IMG/VR virus record: IMGVR_UViG_3300021516_000080
Location: 1 to 26,792 of that record
Origin: a virus
Taxonomy: Duplodnaviria > Caudoviricetes
Length of the DNA: 26,792 nucleotides
Reading direction: 5' to 3' (one strand)
Positions 16,113 to 25,309 of this stretch are shown in pieces. The notes below the pieces were generated by a model, which did no database searches, was not told the DNA's origin, and was given only the letters and a program-made list of their open reading frames with translations. The first letter of the stretch is position 1; every line of letters begins with the position of its first letter. The translations under genes were made by a program, and so were the position numbers.

Positions 16113-17594
16113 ATGTCATACGCGAATGCCACAATCAAAAGCCAGCAAGCCGGCGGCGCGTTTACGGTTGCTACGTTACCAACGGCATCGCAAATGATCG
16201 GCGAATCTGTTGGTGTAACGGCATATACCACGGATGGCGGACTGCAATCTTGGACAGGAACCGTCTGGACTACAGTCGTTTCTCAATATCAGGGAACTTG
16301 GAACGCCAGCACTAACACACCTACTTTAACTAGTAGCGTTGGTAGTACCGGAAATTACTATATTGTCTCAACTACTGGGGCAACCGTTCTTGATGGAACG
16401 GGTCAATGGGTAGTTGGTGATATTGTCTCTTTTTCAGGAACCACTTGGGGTCGTGTAGTCGGGCGTCCGGCGCGTCAACTTCTTGGAAAGTCAGTGACGC
16501 TTACACTTTGGGTTGTTGGCACTACAGGAAACGACGCAACCACCAATGGCACTACTTTTGCCACCGCTTTCAAAACAATTCAAGCCGCCGTTGATGCAGC
16601 CTACGCTCGTTATGATGGCAGCGGCGGAACTGTCTTAATTCAAATTTCTTCTACTACGTCTTACGCTAATGCAGTAGCAATAAATAACCAGTTGCCGGGG
16701 GGTGGATTGATATGGCTTAACGGCCAAGGCGGAGCCACATCATTAACTGTCGCCAGCGATAACGCGATTAAGGCCAGTTACGGTGCTAGAGTTCTTATCA
16801 CCGCAATGACGTTATCAACCACCGGCAGCGGTGCTTGCATTTGGGCTGACAGTGGCGCTCAAGTGGTTTATGGTACTAGTGGCGGATTTGCCATGACTTT
16901 TGGTGCTTGCGCTGCAAGCCACCTTGACAGTAGCGGCGGCGCAACAATCGCTGCTCAAAACAATTACAACATTACTGGCGCTTGCGGTTCTCATCTACAC
17001 GCCCGCAATTTAGGCAATATTTACATTTCCGGCGTGGTAATTACTTTAGTTAGCACACCAAGTTGGAGTGCTTATTTCGCCGGTACGTCTTTTGGTTATG
17101 TTGAGTGTATTGGCACATCGTTTGTTGGTAGCGGCACTGGGCCTAAATTTATTTGCCATTTCAATGGCGTTATTCGGTCGTCGGCTGGTTCAGTTGGGGA
17201 TTTGCCCGGCTTAACTATGCCCGGTAGCAGTCCGGGTGTGGCTAATCTTGGAGGTTTGTTCGACGCTTACGGCGCAAGCCCAAGTCGAAAAATTACTATA
17301 AGCGCCCAGACAGCAGCGTTTACTTTGACGTTACCAGCAAACTGCCGCATAAATGCTATTGTGTTTTCAAACAACAACGCAAATGCCGTTACGGGTGGTC
17401 TTAAAGTTGGCAGCGCATTAGGCGGTTCGGATGTTGTCGCGGCGCAGGCTGTTGCTGGTAACGCTTTTGTGGATTCTACCTTGTTGAGCAGGTTGTTCAG
17501 CGCGACGGTAGATCAAACTCTATATGTGGATGCAGTAACAGCGTGGAATAGCGCAAACGTGACAATGACCATGACATATGAATTGCTTTCTTAA
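16113..17594 (+). CDS. Fibre/spike-like virion protein with a probable beta-helix
   Basis: AGGAG SD; YQGTWNASTNTPTL fibre motif; GNDATTNGTTFATAFKTIQAAVD beta-helix cap motif; visibly more AT-rich codons than the core genes. Confidence 0.7.
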   Translation: MSYANATIKSQQAGGAFTVATLPTASQMIGESVGVTAYTTDGGLQSWTGTVWTTVVSQYQGTWNASTNTPTLTSSVGSTGNYYIVSTTGATVLDGTGQWVVGDIVSFSGTTWGRVVGRPARQLLGKSVTLTLWVVGTTGNDATTNGTTFATAFKTIQAAVDAAYARYDGSGGTVLIQISSTTSYANAVAINNQLPGGGLIWLNGQGGATSLTVASDNAIKASYGARVLITAMTLSTTGSGACIWADSGAQVVYGTSGGFAMTFGACAASHLDSSGGATIAAQNNYNITGACGSHLHARNLGNIYISGVVITLVSTPSWSAYFAGTSFGYVECIGTSFVGSGTGPKFICHFNGVIRSSAGSVGDLPGLTMPGSSPGVANLGGLFDAYGASPSRKITISAQTAAFTLTLPANCRINAIVFSNNNANAVTGGLKVGSALGGSDVVAAQAVAGNAFVDSTLLSRLFSATVDQTLYVDAVTAWNSANVTMTMTYELLS

Positions 17595-17620
17595 ATTTGA
17601 ATTTGTTTTAAGGAGTCGCA

Positions 17621-18913
17621 ATGTCATATGACTTACCGGTACGACGCAGCCAACAAGTAGGCAGCGCCTTTACCGTGGCGACCCTACCGACGCTATCGCA
17701 GATGGTCGGCGAACCCATTGGGATGCTCGCGTACACCTCAGACAGTGGCCTGTACGCTTGGAATGGCAGCATCTGGGTATCGGTAGCCGCAAACGCAACG
17801 CTGGCCCTTGGCATCACGCCTGTCGTCGGCGGCACTCCCGGTTATATCTTGTACGACAATGCGGGCTTCGTCGGCGAACTCGCGAACACCGGCACGGGCA
17901 ATAACGTCCTCGCGACCTCACCCACGCTAGTGACGCCCATATTGGGCGCAGCGTCGGGTACGTCTTTAGACCTAACGTCGGCCACGGGGTTGACGTTAAA
18001 CGGGGCGATTTTGGCTAAGACCAAAGCTACGTTGTTTAGTTACACCGGCAGCGCTCAAACGTACACGATGGCAACCGGCTGCATAGCGGTATCTATTTTG
18101 ACCGTGGGCAGTGGCGGCGGCGGCGGTTTTGGGGGTACTTATACGCCCGGAAGCGGATCAGGCGGTGGCGCAGGTGGCGCAGGTTCATATACTTTCAATG
18201 TTCATCGCGCATCGAATCTTAGTGCCGGCTCGCCGTATACCGTAACCATTGGTCAAGGCGGTGCGGGCGGCACCGCAGGATCAACGACAGGCACAATCGG
18301 CGGCATCACAAGCGTTGGCACGATTGCCTATGGCGGCGGTGGTGGCGGCGGTGGTCCCGGTTCTTTAAGCGCGACAAGTGGCGGCGGCGGATCACCTGCT
18401 CCAATTTATGCACAAGCAGGATCAGGGACTACTGGTGGCGGCGCTGGCACCGCTTTTGGTTCTACCGGTGGTGCTGGCGTAGCCGCAGGTGTTGCAGCAT
18501 CTATTTTCGCTGGAAGTGCCGGTGGCGGCAGCAGTAACGTCGGTGTCGCAGGAGCGGGTGGAAATAATCCGTTTGGTGGAATTACTGGTGGCGGCGCTGG
18601 TGGCGGGTTTAATGCCACTGTTGCCGCCGCTGGGGCAGCAAGCGGCATTAGCATTATTAACGCTTTGATTACTTTGGCATCGGGTGGAGCGGCTGGAGCC
18701 GCAGGAACGGCAGGAACGTCCAACACAAATATTGCAACCGGCCCATTTTTTGCTTCTACGGGCGGTGGTGGCGGCGGCGCAGGTGTTAATGGCGCAGCAG
18801 GTGGCGCTGGTGGGTTGGGTGGAGGTGGTGGCGGTGGCGGCGCAGGGTCAACTGCTGGTGGTAACGGCGGCGCAGGTGGCAATGGTCTTGTCTACATCGT
18901 GGAGTACTTTTGA
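17621..18913 (+). CDS. Glycine-rich fibre/adhesin-like virion protein
   Basis: AAGGAG SD; N-terminus paralogous to the 16113 gene; TGTGNNVLATSPTLVTPILG fibre motif; long poly-Gly domain ending GGNGLVYIVEYF. Confidence 0.75.
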   Translation: MSYDLPVRRSQQVGSAFTVATLPTLSQMVGEPIGMLAYTSDSGLYAWNGSIWVSVAANATLALGITPVVGGTPGYILYDNAGFVGELANTGTGNNVLATSPTLVTPILGAASGTSLDLTSATGLTLNGAILAKTKATLFSYTGSAQTYTMATGCIAVSILTVGSGGGGGFGGTYTPGSGSGGGAGGAGSYTFNVHRASNLSAGSPYTVTIGQGGAGGTAGSTTGTIGGITSVGTIAYGGGGGGGGPGSLSATSGGGGSPAPIYAQAGSGTTGGGAGTAFGSTGGAGVAAGVAASIFAGSAGGGSSNVGVAGAGGNNPFGGITGGGAGGGFNATVAAAGAASGISIINALITLASGGAAGAAGTAGTSNTNIATGPFFASTGGGGGGAGVNGAAGGAGGLGGGGGGGGAGSTAGGNGGAGGNGLVYIVEYF

Positions 18914-19194
18914 TGAATCGTTCGGCAACCATCACGGCTGACAACATTGTGCGCGGCATTTACGAATGGGAAGGTGGCGAATTTCAATCCCCTCCCTACG
19001 CACCCGTAGACGTTTATGGCGTCCCGACGGCTGACCCACAGCCCACAACAGCCGTCCCCGACACCGACCCACCGACGGCGCAGATCGGCGAAACATACAA
19101 CCCAGCCGATGGGACGTTTACTTTACCCCCGGCACCAGCACAATCACCCGGATTGATCTCGCGGATTTTGTCCGCGATCAACCCGTTTAAGTAA
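18910..19194 (+). CDS. Small Pro-rich protein, possible fibre assembly partner (likely ATG at 18913)
   Basis: TGATG coupling to the Gly-rich gene; IGETYNPADGTFTLPP motif of the type often found after Gly-rich tail genes. Confidence 0.55.
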   Translation: MMNRSATITADNIVRGIYEWEGGEFQSPPYAPVDVYGVPTADPQPTTAVPDTDPPTAQIGETYNPADGTFTLPPAPAQSPGLISRILSAINPFK

Positions 19195-19213
19195 GCACCA
19201 GAGGGAGGAACTC

Positions 19214-20860
19214 ATGGTCTGGAAAGCAGATGATCCGCAAGGGAACGAGGCAGGCAAGATCCGTTGGGAGTTGCCAAAGTGGACCCGTGGCCGGGGTTTA
19301 GACATCGGTTGTGGCGGAAATAAAGCATTTCCACACATGATTGGCGTAGACAACGGCGCTGATATTCAGCTATTTGGCCATCAGTTCAAGCCCGACGTCT
19401 GGATTGACGACGCGGCAGACTTGAAGATATTCGGCACCGACTCGTTGGACTTCGTGTTTTCCAGTCACGTACTGGAACACATTCCCTACGACAACGTGGT
19501 CAAGTGCCTAAAGGAGTGGCTGCGGGTCATCAAAATCAACGGGTACCTTGTCCTGTACCTGCCCGACGAGACGCTGTACCCAAAGGTCGGTGAGCCGGGA
19601 GCGAATCCCGACCACAAGTGGAACGTGGGCTACACCCGGCTGATTGAGCTGATGGAGAAGGCGGGCAATTGGGATCTGCTCGACTGGCAGCGACGGGATC
19701 AAGGCAGCGAGTACAGCCTGTTCTTCGTCTTTCAGAAAAAGGCGAAGGGGCAGACATTCAGCTGTCTTATCCCCAAGCACCCCAAGCGGGCCGCTGTTGT
19801 CCGGTACGGCGCTTTTGGCGACATCGTCCAAGCGTCGAGCATCTTCGCGGGCCTCAAGGAGCAGGGCTACCATGTCACGGCCTTCTGTTCTCCACCGGGA
19901 TCCGATGTCATCTTGCATGACCCGAATGTAGACGAGTTCTACTATCAGGACAAGGATCAGGTGCCTAACCTAGCGCTGGGTCAGTTCTGGGACTACCAGA
20001 AGGCAAAGTTCGACAAGTGGGTGAATCTGTCCGAGTCGGCGGAAGGAACGCTTCTAGCGATACCGGGCCGGTTCCTGCACGGTGTGCCACCGGCACTACG
20101 GCACAAGCTCACCAACATGAACTATCTGGAGCTGCAACACGACGCGGCGGGCATCCCGCACAAGCCACAGGTGCATTTCTACCCCACCACCGAGGAACGC
20201 GAGTGGGCCAAGGCGCTAAAGGCGCAGAGTGGTGAATTTAACATAGTGTGGTCACTAGCCGGTTCGTCCGTGCATAAAACGTGGCCATTTGTGGATAATA
20301 TCATCGCGGCACTGCTGCTCGAGTTCCCGAAACTGCACATTTTCTTGGTCGGCGGTCCCGCTGCGGTACTGCTTGAGCAGGGTTGGTTCAAGGTAGCCGA
20401 GGACGGTCAGCCGGTGAAGGACGAGAAGGGCCGCAAGGTCCAGATCGACCCCCGCGTACACCCGATGTCGGGCGACTGGTCAATCCGCCAGACCATGACG
20501 TTCAGCCTCGCGGCAGACCTCGTGATCGGGCCAGAGACTGGCGTGCTCAATGCGGTCTCGCACGAACCGATGCCGAAGGTGATCTTCCTGTCGCACTCAT
20601 CGAACGACAACCTGACCCGCGACTGGGACAACACCCATGTTCTCTGGGCCGATAAAACCAGTTGTCCGGGGCGTGGCAACAATGAAGCGCCAGCTTGTCA
20701 CCAGCTGCATTACAACTGGGATCACTGCAAAAACGTGACGGGCGAGGATGGCAAACCGTCCGGGGTGGCGCAGTGTCAGATGGACATCACGCCCGAACAC
20801 GCTCACCGTGTCATTTGGCACGTTATTACAGAGGCGCTAGCGGCGCGAAAGGCAGCTTAA
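19214..20860 (+). CDS. Class I SAM-methyltransferase fused to a GT9 (heptosyltransferase-like) glycosyltransferase
   Basis: MTase motifs GLDIGCGG, IGVD, LDFVFSSHVLEHI and EWLRVIKINGYL. GT9 motifs VRYGAFGDIVQ, HDPNVDE, SVHKTWP, LVGGP and ADLVIGPETGVLN, plus a C-terminal Cys cluster ending CQMDITPE. GGAGG SD. Confidence 0.85.
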   Translation: MVWKADDPQGNEAGKIRWELPKWTRGRGLDIGCGGNKAFPHMIGVDNGADIQLFGHQFKPDVWIDDAADLKIFGTDSLDFVFSSHVLEHIPYDNVVKCLKEWLRVIKINGYLVLYLPDETLYPKVGEPGANPDHKWNVGYTRLIELMEKAGNWDLLDWQRRDQGSEYSLFFVFQKKAKGQTFSCLIPKHPKRAAVVRYGAFGDIVQASSIFAGLKEQGYHVTAFCSPPGSDVILHDPNVDEFYYQDKDQVPNLALGQFWDYQKAKFDKWVNLSESAEGTLLAIPGRFLHGVPPALRHKLTNMNYLELQHDAAGIPHKPQVHFYPTTEEREWAKALKAQSGEFNIVWSLAGSSVHKTWPFVDNIIAALLLEFPKLHIFLVGGPAAVLLEQGWFKVAEDGQPVKDEKGRKVQIDPRVHPMSGDWSIRQTMTFSLAADLVIGPETGVLNAVSHEPMPKVIFLSHSSNDNLTRDWDNTHVLWADKTSCPGRGNNEAPACHQLHYNWDHCKNVTGEDGKPSGVAQCQMDITPEHAHRVIWHVITEALAARKAA

Positions 20861-21877
20861 ATGGCAACGTCCGGCACCTACGTTTTTACCGTCACCCGCG
20901 ATGACATCATTCGCGAAGCTTTGCTGAACATCGGCAAGCTGGACGTTTATGGTCAGATCGACCCCATCGAGACGACCGACTGCGCCCGCAAGCTGAACAT
21001 GATGGTCAAAACGTGGATGGGCCGGTTGGACTACGCGCCGGGTCTCAAAATGTGGACCCGGCAGCGTGGCGACCTCATCCTGTCGGCAAGCCAGTATCAG
21101 TACAATTTGGGGCCGACCGGCGATAACTGGTGCGGTGGCGTGGCGGCAGTACCAGGCGTTACCTACGCTTCCGATCAACTGTCCACTGGCGCCAACGGGG
21201 CGGCAGTCACCCTGTTCACCGGGGTGGGATCGACTAGCAATTTCACCTCCGGCGACTATTGCGTGGTGCAGCTCGACACGGGCGACATCTTTTCGACCAC
21301 CATCACCGGGGTCAACGCGGGTGCAGGGTCAATCACCATCGCGGCGGGGTTACCCTCGTCGGCGTCCGCCGGGAACTACGTTTATAACTACACGACTAAA
21401 GGCCAACGTCCGCTAGAGATCGTCACGGCGATCCTCGTGGACAACACGCAGAACAGCGTCCCCCTCGACTACATGACGCTCCAGACCTACGAAGCGCTGC
21501 CGACCAAGACGAGCAGCGCGTACACCAGCGACCCGACAGCCATCTATTACGAGGCACAGATCGGCAACAACGGCCCGTCAGGCGCCAACGGCGTCTTGTA
21601 CATCGACTGTGGCGGTGCGTCCGACGTCACCAAACAGATCCACATCGTGTACCTGCGTCCCGTGCAGGACTTCAGCAACCCGCTGGACAACCCAGAATAC
21701 CCCCAAGAGTGGTATTCGGCGCTCTGTTGGGGCTTATCGAAGCAAATCGCGCCCATGTTTAACGCGCCGTGGGGTCCGGTGATGGAGGAGTGCTACCAAG
21801 AAGCGGTAACTTTCGCTCGGCACAGCAATACCGAAGTGTCGGAAATCTATTTCCAACCGAACGCCGGTAACCCTTAA
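20861..21877 (+). CDS. Head-tail adaptor / tail tubular protein (P22 gp4-like position)
   Basis: MATSGT...DIIREALLNIG...KLNMMVKTW N-terminus; PQEWYSALCWGLS C-terminus; precedes the gp10-like gene. Confidence 0.65.
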   Translation: MATSGTYVFTVTRDDIIREALLNIGKLDVYGQIDPIETTDCARKLNMMVKTWMGRLDYAPGLKMWTRQRGDLILSASQYQYNLGPTGDNWCGGVAAVPGVTYASDQLSTGANGAAVTLFTGVGSTSNFTSGDYCVVQLDTGDIFSTTITGVNAGAGSITIAAGLPSSASAGNYVYNYTTKGQRPLEIVTAILVDNTQNSVPLDYMTLQTYEALPTKTSSAYTSDPTAIYYEAQIGNNGPSGANGVLYIDCGGASDVTKQIHIVYLRPVQDFSNPLDNPEYPQEWYSALCWGLSKQIAPMFNAPWGPVMEECYQEAVTFARHSNTEVSEIYFQPNAGNP

Positions 21878-23295
21878 TGAAGGTCGTGCCTATTTTTGGC
21901 GCGGGGATTCAGGGCCGCTCGCTGCCCGTTACGGCACAGCGTCGCCTTAATTGCTACTTCGAGCAGCGACCAGACGGCGACAAGACCCAGATCGCGGTGT
22001 TTGGCACCCCCGGTTTGGTCAACATCACAACGATGCCTGGTGTAGTGCGCAGGATGCTCGGCACCCAGTCTTTATTCTACTGCGTGGCCGGTAACGGCTT
22101 TTACTCGGTCACCACCGCCCTTGTGCAGACCCTGCTGGGGTCACTGAACACCAACACCGGGGCTGTCGGCATTGCGAACAACCCGTCCCAGATCATCGTG
22201 GTGGACGGCACCGCGGGCTACATTTATACCCCGGCCACCAACACATTCAGTCAGATCACCTCGTCCGGGTTTCCAAACGGCGCGAAATCGGTTGTTTTCG
22301 TAAGCGGCTATTTCGTCTGCGAGCAACCCGGCACCCAATATTTTTGGGTCTCCAACCTGTTCAACGGCAATATCTGGGACTCGCTGGCCTTCGCAAGCGC
22401 ATCTCAGTATTCGGACAACATACTTGCCGTCGATGCCCTGATCGGTAACCTGATCCTGTTCTCCGAGCGCCATACCGAATTTTGGCAGAACGTCGGCTCA
22501 CAGCCTGAACCGTTCCAGCCGATCATCTCGGCAACCTCAGAATTTGGCATTGCCGCGGTCTATAGCCGCGCCCATGTAAACCAGACGGTGTGCTTTCTGG
22601 GCATGAACCCCCAAGGCGCAGCGCAGGTGGTGCAGATCACCGGCTATAACTTGGCCGTCATCTCGACCCCCGACCTCGATTACATCATGTCCAAGATCAC
22701 GGTGTCGGACGCGGTGGCGATCAGTTACGTCATCAACGGCCACCCCATGTACCAATTGACGTTCCCCACGGCTGACCGCTCGTTCCTGTACGACACGGCT
22801 TCGGGCCTCTGGAGCGAGACCCAAAGCGGTACGACCCAGAACTACTCAAAGCGGCATCTGGCCCAGTTCTCGGCTTACACGAACGGCATTACCGTGGTGT
22901 CTGAGGTCAACAGCGGCAAGATCCACCGGTTTGACAGCAACATCTATACCGACAACGGCCAAACCATTGTCCGCGAGCTGGTCACCCGGCACGGTTCCTA
23001 CGACTTTAACCGGTTCAGCATCGACGAGATGTATTTGGACATGGAGACCGGCGTGGGCCTAAACACTGGCCAAGGCGTCACCCCCTACATCACGGTTGAG
23101 TGTTCCAAGGACAACGGGCGGACCTATTCCACCCCCCGCCATCTGCAAGTCGGTCCGCTGGGCAACTACAAACAGCGAGTTATTGCCCGCCGGTTTGGCA
23201 GTTCGAGAGACTTTGTGTTTCGAATACGCATGACCGACCCGGTACAGTTCACCATCACCGAGGGTGCGGTCTCTGTTCGTGAGGGTGCGCAATGA
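21877..23295 (+). CDS. Packaged-DNA stabilization protein / tail hub (P22 gp10-like)
   Basis: 472 aa, beta-propeller-like; motifs GTPGL, VDGTAGYIY, LDMETGVG, SKDNGRTY and RRFG..RDFVFRIRMTDPV. Confidence 0.8.
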   Translation: MKVVPIFGAGIQGRSLPVTAQRRLNCYFEQRPDGDKTQIAVFGTPGLVNITTMPGVVRRMLGTQSLFYCVAGNGFYSVTTALVQTLLGSLNTNTGAVGIANNPSQIIVVDGTAGYIYTPATNTFSQITSSGFPNGAKSVVFVSGYFVCEQPGTQYFWVSNLFNGNIWDSLAFASASQYSDNILAVDALIGNLILFSERHTEFWQNVGSQPEPFQPIISATSEFGIAAVYSRAHVNQTVCFLGMNPQGAAQVVQITGYNLAVISTPDLDYIMSKITVSDAVAISYVINGHPMYQLTFPTADRSFLYDTASGLWSETQSGTTQNYSKRHLAQFSAYTNGITVVSEVNSGKIHRFDSNIYTDNGQTIVRELVTRHGSYDFNRFSIDEMYLDMETGVGLNTGQGVTPYITVECSKDNGRTYSTPRHLQVGPLGNYKQRVIARRFGSSRDFVFRIRMTDPVQFTITEGAVSVREGAQ

Positions 23296-23681
23296 CCTCC
23301 CCATTGGCCCCGATCCCCGGTCCCGTCATTTCGGCCAAGGATATGCTGACCCCCGTTTGGCGGTCGTGGTTCAACCAGTTGTACGTCTACGTCAGCGCGG
23401 CGTCGGCCAGCGCATTTACGCAGGCGCAGATTCAGATTACCGAATCGCAGGTCACCGGCCTGACAGTCGATCTGGCGGCCAAGGCGGCGCTCGCGTCCCC
23501 TGCCCTGACTGGCACCCCAACTATTAACGCGGTGGCGCTACGGACCGGCACAGGCAGTCCAAACAGCGCTGTCACCGGCAATATCGGCGACCTGTACCTG
23601 AATACGTCGGGTGGGGCCGGGACAACGCTGTATGTGAAAGAAAGTGGGGCGGGAACCAACACGGGATGGGTAGGGAAATGA
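23292..23681 (+). CDS. Short tail needle/plug-like protein (gp26 position)
   Basis: Motifs TPVWRSWFNQL, KAALASPALTGTPT and GSPNSAVTGNIGDLYL...LYVKESG...TGW; ATGA-coupled on both sides. Confidence 0.55.
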   Translation: MTSPLAPIPGPVISAKDMLTPVWRSWFNQLYVYVSAASASAFTQAQIQITESQVTGLTVDLAAKAALASPALTGTPTINAVALRTGTGSPNSAVTGNIGDLYLNTSGGAGTTLYVKESGAGTNTGWVGK

Positions 23682-24523
23682 ACGAAATGGCAGCATTTAA
23701 GGTCGGCAATGCCGAGCAGATGGATCGTCTGGAAGTGCAAATGCTTGCCCTACCCCAGACCGTTTGCAGCGTCCGCCACCTGTTCACCCCCGGCCAGTAC
23801 ACCCGTGAGGTCACGATCCCGGCAGACAGCTACATCGTCGGCCACAAGCACCGGCACCCCCACCTGAACATTTTCACGAAGGGTTCCGGGGTTATGGTCA
23901 TGTGCGACGGGCGGCATCAGGAGTTGCAGGCGCCGTTTGTGTTCGTCGGCCAGCCGGGTCGCAAATGCGGTTATGCGCGGACGGAAGTCGTCTGGCTCAA
24001 CGTGTTCGCGACCGAGGAGCGGGACATCGAGAAGCTGGAAGAGATGTACTTCGACAAGTCGGAAGAATTCGTTGAAGCGCAATCTCGGGTCAAAGTCGGG
24101 TTTGACCCCCTGCTGCTGACCCACCAGCGGTCGGACTACGAGGCGGTGCTGGCCGAGTTCGGCGTTGATGAGGCAACCGCACGAGCAATCTCAGAAACTG
24201 ACGATTTAATCCCGTTTCCGTATGGCACTTACAAGGTTAAAACCGGCGTTTCTGCTATCGCCGGGAAGGGAATTATCGCCACCGCCGACATCGCGGTTGG
24301 CGAAATCATCGCCGCAGCCCGCGTGGATGGCAAACGCACCCCGGCTGGCCGGTACACGAATCACTCCCCAACGCCCAATGCCAAAATGGTCAACGCGGGA
24401 AACCGTGTCCTTTTGGTGGCAATTAAGCCAATATCGGGTTGTCCAGGAGGATTCGACGGCGAGGAAGTCACGGTTAACTACCGGGATGTCATCGCATCAA
24501 ACTTACTTGGAGTCTGGAAATGA
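23678..24523 (+). CDS. Cupin-like domain fused to a SET domain protein
   Basis: N-terminal HLFTPGQYTREVTIP...GHKHRHPH (cupin-like). C-terminal SET motifs SAIAGKGIIATADIAVGEII, RYTNHSPTPN and GEEVTVNY. ATG at 23678 overlaps the previous stop. Confidence 0.78.
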   Translation: MNEMAAFKVGNAEQMDRLEVQMLALPQTVCSVRHLFTPGQYTREVTIPADSYIVGHKHRHPHLNIFTKGSGVMVMCDGRHQELQAPFVFVGQPGRKCGYARTEVVWLNVFATEERDIEKLEEMYFDKSEEFVEAQSRVKVGFDPLLLTHQRSDYEAVLAEFGVDEATARAISETDDLIPFPYGTYKVKTGVSAIAGKGIIATADIAVGEIIAAARVDGKRTPAGRYTNHSPTPNAKMVNAGNRVLLVAIKPISGCPGGFDGEEVTVNYRDVIASNLLGVWK

Positions 24524-25302
24524 GCGCAGTCGCGGTTACTTTAAGCACGGCGGTGATCGGAGCCGCTGCCATTGGCACGGTTGGCGCTGTTGTCGCGGGC
24601 GGAATGGCGGCATCTGCCACCAAAGACGCCTCCAACGCTGCCATTCAGCAGCAGCAGGCCGCACTGGCGCAGCAGAAAGAGATGGCCGCGCCGTACACGC
24701 AGCTCGGTCAAAACGCGATGGGCGCGTACCAGAACCTGCTCGGTATCGGCAAAGACGGCAAGGTCAACCCGCAGCTCGCGCAGCAAACGCTCCAGAATAT
24801 GCCGGGTTACCAGTTTGAACAGCAGCAGGGGCAGCAGCAGACGCTGGCCGCAGCCGGTGCAATGGGCATGGGGCTGTCCGGCAACACGCTGGCAGGACTG
24901 TCCAAATACAACCAAGGGTTGGCCGACCAGACCTATCAGCAGGAACTAAAGAACCTGCTTGCGCCCGTTCAAATCGGTCAGGCAGCGGCGGCTGGGCAGT
25001 CGGCAAACATTGGCAACGCGGCCAACAACATGAGCAACATCCAAATGCAGCAGGGGCAAAACAACGCCAACATCGCTACGGGGACCATCGGCGGCATTAC
25101 CGGCGCTATCGGCAACGGACTGAACAGTTACACGACATTGAATACGCTAAAAGGATTGCAAGGCGGCGGAAGCAATCCTTACGGAAATCAGGCGTCGCCT
25201 TTTTACGCAAACGGAACACCGGCAGGCGGCATGGATTATGGCGCTCCAACCATCAATTTCGGTGCGCCCGATTTGGGTGGCGTAACAATGCCAGTTATTT
25301 GA
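24520..25302 (+). CDS. DNA ejection / pilot protein (P22 gp7/gp20-like)
   Basis: Hydrophobic Gly/Ala N-terminus; Gln-rich; motifs PYTQLG, PGYQF and LSGNTLAGLSKYNQGLA. Confidence 0.7.
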   Translation: MSAVAVTLSTAVIGAAAIGTVGAVVAGGMAASATKDASNAAIQQQQAALAQQKEMAAPYTQLGQNAMGAYQNLLGIGKDGKVNPQLAQQTLQNMPGYQFEQQQGQQQTLAAAGAMGMGLSGNTLAGLSKYNQGLADQTYQQELKNLLAPVQIGQAAAAGQSANIGNAANNMSNIQMQQGQNNANIATGTIGGITGAIGNGLNSYTTLNTLKGLQGGGSNPYGNQASPFYANGTPAGGMDYGAPTINFGAPDLGGVTMPVI

Positions 25303-25309
25303 GGTATTT

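Noticed and set aside
18110-18890. GGC/GGT-rich repeats and a Pro-rich antisense ORF (18406-18882)
   Set aside because: Both are explained by poly-Gly coding on the + strand.
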